Shown here: in pieces, positions 57,142 through 64,000 of the stretch
Position numbering within the stretch: position 1 is the stretch's first letter
Layout: each line of letters begins with the position of its first letter
IMG/VR virus record: IMGVR_UViG_3300029913_000001
Length of the DNA: 64,000 nucleotides
Reading direction: 5' to 3' (one strand)
Source: a virus
Taxonomy: Duplodnaviria; Caudoviricetes
Translations under genes and position numbers: made by a program
The notes under the pieces: generated by a model
Database searches by the model: none
What the model saw: only the letters and a program-made list of their open reading frames with translations
Told to the model about the DNA's origin: nothing

Positions 57142-57412
57142 ATCACTCCTAATATTAAGAAGATATCGAACGTTGGTATTTGCGCCTTACAAATATGATA
57201 CACCTTAAATAAGTCTAATTTAAGAATATTTGCAATCGGTGATACTCCATTCAGGATATCGATTTCTATCCTCGAGCTCGATACCATCTTAATTCTTTTA
57301 AATCAACTGCATAAAATCATATTATTTTTCATATTTAAAATTGGGGGCGCACGAAGCGATAATCAACATGCGCCGCCTCCACCACCGAATCAGAAAGGAT
57401 TCGGACTTATTA

Positions 57413-57640
57413 CTACATACTTAATCTTTCGAGCAATAACCAATCTTCTGCTTCCTTTTTTGTAGAGCACGAATGAATAACCGTAGGAGGAATACACTCG
57501 TCGCATGGATTTCGACTATTTGAAAAATCGTAGGTTTTAATAACGTTCCATTTATTATCTACCCGATCATCTTTAACGATCTTCAAGGAAGTTTTCACAA
57601 TGAAGTGGTAATTCACCTCGGATTTATCACACCTATTCAA
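57413..57640 (-). CDS. Small protein, KLSE-tail-related
   Basis: Ends STKKEAEDWLLLERLSM. Confidence 0.5.
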   Translation of the reverse strand: MNRCDKSEVNYHFIVKTSLKIVKDDRVDNKWNVIKTYDFSNSRNPCDECIPPTVIHSCSTKKEAEDWLLLERLSM

Positions 57641-57812
57641 ATTTCATACCTTTCTTGGGAGTGTACGTCACCAACCAGGCATAACTGCCATCTTTATTTT
57701 TTGACAAATTTAGATATCCGGCAACTTTTTCTTTTCTGAGAGAATCAATAAAATCAAGGGCGGCCTTGGTCGTTTCAAATTCAGATGTCTTCTGCTTCAT
57801 AATATCCTTTCT

Positions 57813-58073
57813 TATTCTGATAAGCTTTCGATTAAAATCGCTGATTCGGCTTCTTTCAATGAATCATATATTGCATATGTCACCGGGGGCAATAAGCATA
57901 CCGGTTTTTATATCATAATGTTTAATTTCCACAGGATATTTTTCATTTTCCTTCGGCAACAATTTAAATGCGGCGCGATACCCATCCCAGATAGGCGGCC
58001 TACAAATCTTACCAAATGCAAAGTTTAAAGAAATTTTCTTCTTACCTTGCATATCGCTTTCCCGCAGGAACAC
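57813..58073 (-). CDS. Small protein, KLSE-tail family, with an apparent +1 indel in an A run near 57906
   Basis: Removing one A joins the ORF to ...YDSLKEAESAILIESLSE*. Confidence 0.4.
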
Positions 58074-58332
58074 CAGTTAACCACGCAAGATTAATTTTTC
58101 GAATATTGGAAACTTGCTCGCCATTATCTAATAGACCATTCCAGATTGCGGAAAGCTCGCGGGCTGTTTGCTCGGGTACATCAATTGCGATAAATTCATT
58201 TGCTGCGCCATTATAAACATCGAAGGTATCAATGGGCGCAGAACTGTTTTGCGCAGGTACAACAATTACATGATTACCTGCTTCACGAATTTTAATAGCG
58301 ATTTCAGAATCAATTTCGTTCATCCAGTTCAT
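58042..58332 (-). CDS. Hypothetical protein
   Basis: ORF downstream of a TTGACT-17-TACACT promoter (58396-58368). Confidence 0.55.
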   Translation of the reverse strand: MNWMNEIDSEIAIKIREAGNHVIVVPAQNSSAPIDTFDVYNGAANEFIAIDVPEQTARELSAIWNGLLDNGEQVSNIRKINLAWLTGVPAGKRYAR

Positions 58333-58410
58333 AATGTCCTGCTTCCTGTGATTTTACTCACATTACCAGTGTAAACTATTTAGCATGAAAAGTCAAGCAA
58401 CATCCCAAAA

Positions 58411-58617
58411 TTATAGAGAAAATCGTTCAATCAAATTACGATCTCGAATAAACTCTTCGGCTTCCTTAAGAGAATTCTTCCCATAAAATCGATAATACTG
58501 AACTACTATCCTCCTACCGAAGGCCGAAGATTCGTCGTCCGAATATCTAGACTGAACTACAATTCGATATAGTGGGTTTTTATTCTTCGTTCCTGTTAGT
58601 TCGTAAAAATCAGGCAT
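58411..58617 (-). CDS. Hypothetical protein
   Basis: ORF; SLKEAEEFI segment similar to the small-protein family. Confidence 0.5.
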   Translation of the reverse strand: MPDFYELTGTKNKNPLYRIVVQSRYSDDESSAFGRRIVVQYYRFYGKNSLKEAEEFIRDRNLIERFSL

Positions 58618-58902
58618 TTATTCCTCTTCAAACAATTTCTTCAAAATAGGTAATGCACGACGATAAAACTTGGCGCGAACACGCGCATGATTCTTTCTCC
58701 AAAGAGCTAAAAAGTTTTCGTGGCGGTTCGAGTAATTCGGCGTTCCATATAGTTGCACGTTAAATCGAATCCGCTCAAGAACTCGGGAGGCCGCCTGGTC
58801 CGCTAATACTGATCCCAGGCCTTTCGATGTTACGTAATTTTTTCCGAAACACGAAACAACAACGGTCTTTTTAACCTTCATATTTTTACCGTAATGACTC
58901 AT
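58618..58902 (-). CDS. Hypothetical basic protein
   Basis: ORF in the early-gene run. Confidence 0.5.
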   Translation of the reverse strand: MSHYGKNMKVKKTVVVSCFGKNYVTSKGLGSVLADQAASRVLERIRFNVQLYGTPNYSNRHENFLALWRKNHARVRAKFYRRALPILKKLFEEE

Positions 58903-58938
58903 TCAAACACATCCATTTCTGCCTCAGTAATGAGGCAT

Positions 58939-59139
58939 TTATTCCTTTTCATATCCTTCAAACCACGGACCCATTCGGCGAGTTGCCTCCTTACCAGACG
59001 GGGTTTGCGTGGTCGCCGAACTAGTATCTTCACGCTTGCACCATTCTTGTGCTTGCTCCAAAGTATATCCTCGATACATGGTTCGTTTCCGCTTATTGGA
59101 ATCAGCATAATACCGAACGATTTTGTAGGTTTCAGCCAC
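58939..59139 (-). CDS. Hypothetical small phage protein
   Basis: YKIVRYY...GYTLEQAQEWC; directly follows cca. Confidence 0.6.
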   Translation of the reverse strand: MAETYKIVRYYADSNKRKRTMYRGYTLEQAQEWCKREDTSSATTQTPSGKEATRRMGPWFEGYEKE

Positions 59140-59142
59140 AGA

Positions 59143-60462
59143 TTATACCTTTCCGGAAGAAGCGGTAACCAACGCTACCGCTTCTTCCCTTGTAGTAACT
59201 ACGCCTTCGAGTTGAGCAGTTTCGACCGCTTCTAGCAAAGTCTTGAATACCGGGCCTGCCTTAAATCCCATAGCAAGCAAATCGTTTCCGGTGAGCAAAC
59301 GAACGGGATGAAGTTCATCCTTCATGTTGTCGCGAAACCCACGGCAAAAATTGTTTGCGGTGAGATCGCCATTACTACCAAGGCTGTCAACCCGGTTAAG
59401 TTCAAGCAGTTCAGAAAAATTTTCCATACGAACAAACCGCTTCATCTTTGACAACGACATCTTTTCCGTGTTAAAAAACCGCATATGATTTTCAACCAAA
59501 GACGACACCGTGCCGACAACTTCATTTGAAAACCGAAAATCACGAAGCAGCCGTTCAGCCATACGAGCCCCAACGTGCTCATGCCCGTGAAACTGATTAT
59601 GTCCGGTCTTTTCATTTGTCTTTGCTGTGACCGGCTTCCCTACATCGTGAAGCAAGGTTGCAAGCGCCAACGTAAGAGAGCAGCCGGATTCGAGCATAGA
59701 AAGCATCTTCATTGTATGCTGCCACACATCGCCTTCCGGATGCCACATTGAATTCTGCGTAACCCCATGCATATTGCACAGTTCCGGCATAAAATGAACT
59801 AGCAAACCGGTGGTGTCCATTGTCTGAAAAGCTACCTGTACATTACCGCCAGTAAGAATCTTTGCCAGTTCACCAGCAACACGATCAGCGGGCAAAGTCG
59901 TAACATCCTTCGAACGCAATGTCATTGCGGACACGGTAAGCGGATCAAGCATGAACCCCAAACGAGCTGCAAATCGAACGGCTCGCAGCAGGCGCAAAGC
60001 ATCTTCTTGAAACCGATCGCTAGGATTGCCGACCGTGCGCAAAACCTTATTTTCGAGGTCGGCAAGGCCATTAACAAAGTCAAATACCTTGCCCGATTCG
60101 TCCATCAGAAGTGCATTGACTGTAAAATCACGGCGCTTAACATCTTCCCTAGGATCCGTTGTAAACTTAACAGAATCCGGGCGGCGATTGTCAGAATACG
60201 CACCATCCTCGCGGAAGGTTGCAACTTCGAACTGCTCACCATTCACATTAACAACCGAAACGCCAAAATTCTTACCAACCAATTTCGAGGTAGAAAACAA
60301 TTCGGTGACCTGATCAGGAGTTGCACTCGTGGCCAGATCCCAATCATGAACCGGAAGATTCAACAGTGAATCTCGCACGCAACCACCCGCGAAGTAGGAT
60401 TCAAATCCCGCATTCTTAAGGGTGACTAGTGCTACCATCGCATTGTGATTCATCTCAACCAT
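59143..60462 (-). CDS. cca: CCA-adding tRNA nucleotidyltransferase with HD domain
   Basis: GGCVRD...HDWDLAT, EVATFR, DVKRRDFTVNA, RFQEDALRLLRAVRF and LLHDVGK motifs. Confidence 0.93.
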   Translation of the reverse strand: MVEMNHNAMVALVTLKNAGFESYFAGGCVRDSLLNLPVHDWDLATSATPDQVTELFSTSKLVGKNFGVSVVNVNGEQFEVATFREDGAYSDNRRPDSVKFTTDPREDVKRRDFTVNALLMDESGKVFDFVNGLADLENKVLRTVGNPSDRFQEDALRLLRAVRFAARLGFMLDPLTVSAMTLRSKDVTTLPADRVAGELAKILTGGNVQVAFQTMDTTGLLVHFMPELCNMHGVTQNSMWHPEGDVWQHTMKMLSMLESGCSLTLALATLLHDVGKPVTAKTNEKTGHNQFHGHEHVGARMAERLLRDFRFSNEVVGTVSSLVENHMRFFNTEKMSLSKMKRFVRMENFSELLELNRVDSLGSNGDLTANNFCRGFRDNMKDELHPVRLLTGNDLLAMGFKAGPVFKTLLEAVETAQLEGVVTTREEAVALVTASSGKV

Positions 60463-60468
60463 GCTTAA

Positions 60469-60497
60469 AGTATATCAACTTTCGGTTAGTTTGTCAA
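60469..60497 (-). promoter_or_regulatory. Sigma70-type promoter; predicted +1 falls on the cca ATG
   Basis: TTGACA (60497-60492), 17 bp, TATACT (60474-60469), 6 nt, ATG (60462). Confidence 0.8.
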
Positions 60498-60519
60498 GAG
60501 AAAATTACTGGTTGAAAAC

Positions 60520-60599
60520 AAAGGACTTAAATCACCCCAGTATGCCCTGATTCAATTCCGCCATACCAGACCACAACGGGCCCATATTGGGGCCCTGGT
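60520..60599 (-). ncRNA. Candidate small two-hairpin RNA with its own promoter
   Basis: TTGATT-17-TATAAT (60634-60606) upstream; GC-rich hairpins ACCA-GGGCCC/GGGCCC-TGGT and CTGGTATG/CATACTGG; only a 17-codon ORF. Confidence 0.4.
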
Positions 60600-60638
60600 G
60601 GGGGAATTATAATATATCGACCCTTTTAAATCAATGAC

Positions 60639-60824
60639 TTAATCGGTATCGTGGTCCTCATCGTTGGCCTTGGCAATAAGATCTCGCATAGAAGTCTTAT
60701 AACGAGCGGGTTTTTCATGCTTTGGTGTGATTGCAAACGAAGCCTTAGGTGTACCAATACGATCTCGGGCATTCGATTTCACTTGAGCAACAGCACTGAA
60801 AACATCCTTTTTACGCTTCGACAT
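60639..60824 (-). CDS. Hypothetical basic protein
   Basis: 61-aa ORF with RBS. Confidence 0.5.
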   Translation of the reverse strand: MSKRKKDVFSAVAQVKSNARDRIGTPKASFAITPKHEKPARYKTSMRDLIAKANDEDHDTD

Positions 60825-61018
60825 TATTTTCTCCGATTTCTTAAGGTTTTATAAAGAACAAATCCAGCAACAATGCCAGCAAAATTAGCTGCTCGTTGTT
60901 CGGGAGTCCAATGAAAACATCCGGCCAATTGGCTAATCAAAAACATCAAAAAACCAAAGGACACAAGCGCAATTCCTCCGAATACAATCCAAACAATTGC
61001 ACCTAAAATTAAATTCAT
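60824..61018 (-). CDS. Small membrane protein
   Basis: Two hydrophobic segments; TTGACA-17-TATACT promoter at 61067-61039. Confidence 0.6.
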   Translation of the reverse strand: MNLILGAIVWIVFGGIALVSFGFLMFLISQLAGCFHWTPEQRAANFAGIVAGFVLYKTLRNRRK

Positions 61019-61096
61019 TTGATCTCCTTACTTAAATAAGTATAACAAATATCAGTCTAAATGTCAACCGAATATAAAGTCTTTGCTATAAACTGT

Positions 61097-61708
61097 TTAC
61101 AGTTCTGAAATCGAAAGTTCATTTAGACATTGAAACTCTGTGCCTTCAATTGTCTTTTCCCAGTCGGCATGGTAATGCCCAAAATTCCAATATTTCGGCT
61201 GATATGCCGAAAACATTGCGGACAGTGCTTGCCCTGTTCGAGTCGGATAAACTTCCGGATTGCCATACAATGAATGCCGAAGTAAAATGTGCGCTGCTAC
61301 TTTCGTGGGGCAATCATGTGAGAGCACAATTTCTGGTCGTTCATTGATATAAAGTTCAAATGCATCTTCGAGTTCCTTAATCGAAAGCTCTTCATCGTAC
61401 CACCAGGTTAATCCCGATCGGCGAAATCTTTGATCGATACTCCAAGCGCCAGACAAGTAAAATACTTTTCGATCATCGATAATTTTAACACCATAATCAC
61501 CCAGATAATTGGGGTGTGCTCTTGCTACTGCGGGGTTATCATGATTTCCGCGAATAAAATAAAAATTTTCAGGGAAAGTTGGAAGCGTAGATTGCCCTGG
61601 AAAACCGACACCAAAATCCCCCACCTGAATAATTGTCTTGCCGGGATTTTCCGTTACAATCTTTTTGCATTCCTTAAATTTTCCATGTACGTCACCAATT
61701 AGCAGCAT
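61097..61708 (-). CDS. Calcineurin-like metallophosphoesterase
   Basis: IGDVHG, VGDFG, IRGNHD, SHDCP and FGHYH motifs. Confidence 0.9.
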   Translation of the reverse strand: MLLIGDVHGKFKECKKIVTENPGKTIIQVGDFGVGFPGQSTLPTFPENFYFIRGNHDNPAVARAHPNYLGDYGVKIIDDRKVFYLSGAWSIDQRFRRSGLTWWYDEELSIKELEDAFELYINERPEIVLSHDCPTKVAAHILLRHSLYGNPEVYPTRTGQALSAMFSAYQPKYWNFGHYHADWEKTIEGTEFQCLNELSISEL

Positions 61709-61756
61709 ACTTTTTCCTCTCGGTATAAATGTTAACGGAAATATTTCCGATAGTTT

Positions 61757-62047
61757 CTACTCGTGAAATACCGGTGATTCGATCTCGGGCGGAGCCCCGT
61801 TTTCATTTGAAACATGCTTCCACGTTAATTTACCGGTTCGAATTTCTTCCAATGCAATCTTTGGTAGCCGGCAAAAAGGTATTTCTTCTCGGCCCGGATT
61901 AAATTCTTTTGAAAGTCCATGCTTAATCGACGCTCCGTTGATAAGCTGATTTGTTCGGGCCATTACCATTGTTGCCAGCAGATATCTACTACCAACCTTT
62001 TCTAAATGTGATTGGATTGTTTTGATTTTTTCTTTTTCGTTTAACAT
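61757..62047 (-). CDS. rpoZ: RNA polymerase omega subunit-like protein
   Basis: SRYLLATMVMARTNQLINGA...PKIALEEIRTGKL matches the RpoZ SRYxLxxxxAxRAxQL...KPxxIALxEIxxG pattern. Confidence 0.7.
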   Translation of the reverse strand: MLNEKEKIKTIQSHLEKVGSRYLLATMVMARTNQLINGASIKHGLSKEFNPGREEIPFCRLPKIALEEIRTGKLTWKHVSNENGAPPEIESPVFHE

Positions 62048-62059
62048 TTTTTCCTTTTG

Positions 62060-62872
62060 TTATTCTGAATATACTTCTTCGAATTCAACCTGGTCGTAAT
62101 ACGGATTAACAACTAATTTCGCCATCGGATACCATTGTCCCTTGTGCAAAAATCTATCGTCGACTACTACATAATTCGTTAACTTTTCAAAAAATTGCGG
62201 AAGATGTTTTACAAAATATTGATGCAATGGAATTGCAACCTGCCGCATTGAAGGATGTGCAGTTTCCGGTGTTCGTTTATAGAAAAAATTCCACCAGCTA
62301 CCTAAATTTAGACTTGCAGCATATTCTGTCTTCACGCCTTGAGGAAGCCAATACCGAGCCTTTTCTGGGGTCCACCCACGAGTCCGCCATTTTGCGTATC
62401 GGGAATCATCGGCTCGTGTATCACTAACAAATTCTGCCCAATCATCATTGTTATCTGAGGAATATTCATTAACCCACGGTGGCAAAATATATGATGCACC
62501 TTTATTTAACTCGCCTTCTTTTGCATAATCAACGTACCTTGTACTTTCCTGCAGGTAGGCCGCCATTCTGTGACGCACGCCTTCGTGGGAGACTCCTCGA
62601 TCTGTAATGAATGTCGACGAAATCATTCGATGCTCGGCAATTCCGGTATGCCGATTTGTATTGAAAAGTCTACCGGGAAATGTGAGATAGGAATCATCGG
62701 TCATTCGACCTTCTGATTTATAACACTTTCTGGAAAACATTTCAATTTTCTTTAACATGTGTTGCGCCAATGTCATTCCATTAGGCAACAGCATTTCGAG
62801 GTCGTCTTCGACGATAACAACGGGTTTAATGATTCTCATATATAATGTCCTTAGTTCACAATTGGTACCCAT
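62060..62872 (-). CDS. thyX: Flavin-dependent thymidylate synthase
   Basis: SHEGVRHRMAAYLQESTRYV signature, plus ARYWLP and AHPSMR. Confidence 0.9.
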   Translation of the reverse strand: MGTNCELRTLYMRIIKPVVIVEDDLEMLLPNGMTLAQHMLKKIEMFSRKCYKSEGRMTDDSYLTFPGRLFNTNRHTGIAEHRMISSTFITDRGVSHEGVRHRMAAYLQESTRYVDYAKEGELNKGASYILPPWVNEYSSDNNDDWAEFVSDTRADDSRYAKWRTRGWTPEKARYWLPQGVKTEYAASLNLGSWWNFFYKRTPETAHPSMRQVAIPLHQYFVKHLPQFFEKLTNYVVVDDRFLHKGQWYPMAKLVVNPYYDQVEFEEVYSE

Positions 62873-63075
62873 TTACCAGAAAACCATGTGCCTGGATTAT
62901 ACCATACCGATGTAGATACGTATTGCTCAGTACGCACAAGAGATAACGAACGACTTCCGGTATTCAAAAATTTGCTGCAAGCCGGACAACGGTCGTACGG
63001 ATCATACCCACTGCAACAGTTCCGATAAAGATGTGCGCCACAGGCGCCGCATTGCATAACAAATCGTCTATCCAT
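62851..63075 (-). CDS. Small Cys-rich zinc-finger protein
   Basis: CGACG and CPACS motifs. Confidence 0.5.
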   Translation of the reverse strand: MDRRFVMQCGACGAHLYRNCCSGYDPYDRCPACSKFLNTGSRSLSLVRTEQYVSTSVWYNPGTWFSGKWVPIVN

Positions 63076-63087
63076 TTAAATGGCCTT

Positions 63088-63303
63088 CTATTCCGGTATT
63101 TGAACTAATTGCTTTTCTAGAAAATCCCCACAGGTAAGACAGGTATTCGTGTAGAGCAATACATGCCCATCTGACCGTTCGTTATACAGTGAATCGCGAT
63201 ATATTCTTACAGATTTAAATTCCGAAACAAGTTTCCATTTATCTTTATCAAACGTATGACGATGCGGCGATGCGGTTTCAATCAATCCCCAAAATAGCTT
63301 CAT
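63088..63303 (-). CDS. Hypothetical protein
   Basis: HRH and CLTC possible zinc ligands. Confidence 0.5.
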   Translation of the reverse strand: MKLFWGLIETASPHRHTFDKDKWKLVSEFKSVRIYRDSLYNERSDGHVLLYTNTCLTCGDFLEKQLVQIPE

Positions 63304-63328
63304 ATGATTTTTCCTTGAATTACCATAA

Positions 63329-63361
63329 AAATAACGGGCTGAATCTGTCAGCCCGTTATTT
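63329..63361. terminator. Strong bidirectional intrinsic terminator
   Basis: AAATAACGGGCTGA-ATCTG-TCAGCCCGTTATTT, 14-bp perfect stem. Confidence 0.85.
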
Positions 63362-63376
63362 TAATTGATTTTCGAA

Positions 63377-64000
63377 TTAGGCTACGTCGTTGACGGTTGC
63401 AACCTGGGGAGTGGAGGTTAGTGCAGATTGCGCCTTGGCGCGGATCGAATGACCCTTGCGAGCGGAATTGACAATGGTAGTAACCAGCGAGTCGGCGGCA
63501 ACCGGACGCTTCTCAATGGGCTCAGGACCTACCGGCTTGACCGGCGTCGGAAGTACGGGAGCAACCGGCTTCGCAGCAGCCTTTGCGGCCGCCTTCGTTG
63601 CCTTCTCGGCATCCTTCACAATCTTTGCATTAGCACGGGCGAGCTCCTTCGCTGCCTTTGCCGCGGCACGCTCAAATACCTTCGCGGCCTTTGCCGTTTC
63701 CTTGGCGAGCTTCGCAGCAGCCTTCTCTTCATCGGTCTTCGTTGCCTTGGTAGCGCGAGGAGTGCTACGCACAACCAATGAAGTTTCCTTGGAGGCAAGT
63801 GCTTCGAGATTAACGCCCACGGGCTTCGCTTCCTGCAGGAATGCAATGGCATCAGTCTTGGTCATAGGATTGGGCAGCTCGACCAGTACAACATCGGTGT
63901 CGCCATAACGCTCCAGCATCTTAACACGTCCAGCAACGTCCTGCGCGAAACGCGCCTTGTAGGAACCGTTAGAAAGTGAAGTACCGGCAACAGTGAACAG
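63377..64000 (-). CDS. Lys/Ala-rich (histone-like tail) protein; 5' end lies outside the window
   Basis: The frame is open from 64000 (LFTVAGTS...) through ATG 63919; AKAAKE-type repeats; GC-rich codon usage. Confidence 0.7.
   Translation of the reverse strand: MFTVAGTSLSNGSYKARFAQDVAGRVKMLERYGDTDVVLVELPNPMTKTDAIAFLQEAKPVGVNLEALASKETSLVVRSTPRATKATKTDEEKAAAKLAKETAKAAKVFERAAAKAAKELARANAKIVKDAEKATKAAAKAAAKPVAPVLPTPVKPVGPEPIEKRPVAADSLVTTIVNSARKGHSIRAKAQSALTSTPQVATVNDVA

Noticed and set aside
1657-63908. Remaining short plus-strand ORFs antisense to long minus-strand genes
   Set aside because: They are fully nested opposite well-supported genes and show no independent signals.
1-64000. Standard tRNA, rRNA or integrase genes
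   Set aside because: By eye I found no complete cloverleaf other than the tmRNA tRNA-like domain, and no rRNA-like or recombinase sequence. A tRNAscan-SE run would be needed to be sure.

Overview
A 64-kb piece of an AT-rich, T4-superfamily-like jumbo phage genome, with almost all genes on the minus strand. The taxonomy is inferred from gene content, not from a database search. From left to right the window holds: (1) a 7-deazaguanine cluster (queE start at the window edge, dCMP deaminase, glycosyltransferase, divergent QueD-like protein, two oxidoreductases, folE, TGT-like protein; a second, canonical queD lies at 53 kb); (2) a putative sliding clamp and a family-B DNA polymerase split in two around an HNH gene; (3) an array of small and medium genes (13-23 kb) sharing an M-[RKL]-h-x-E-h N-terminus, including six of seven paralogous ADP-ribosyltransferase-like domains (the seventh is at 31 kb), plus NUDIX, ParB-like, Dps and nucleotidyltransferase domains; (4) a ClpA-like AAA+ ATPase and a J-domain protein; (5) a helicase-like gene beside a ~700-bp non-coding region with a 25-bp perfect inverted repeat (origin-like); (6) giant baseplate/tail genes and a GC-rich modular tail spike; (7) small early genes, a CCA-adding enzyme, an RNA polymerase omega-like gene and thyX. 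The strongest unexpected feature is a circularly permuted (two-piece) tmRNA gene at about 55800-56143, with a G3-U70 alanine acceptor stem and the tag ADSIVNGATKIFTYPVKISNRELALA. Several single-base indels and in-frame stops are present. Some are probably assembly errors, so broken-gene calls are tentative.
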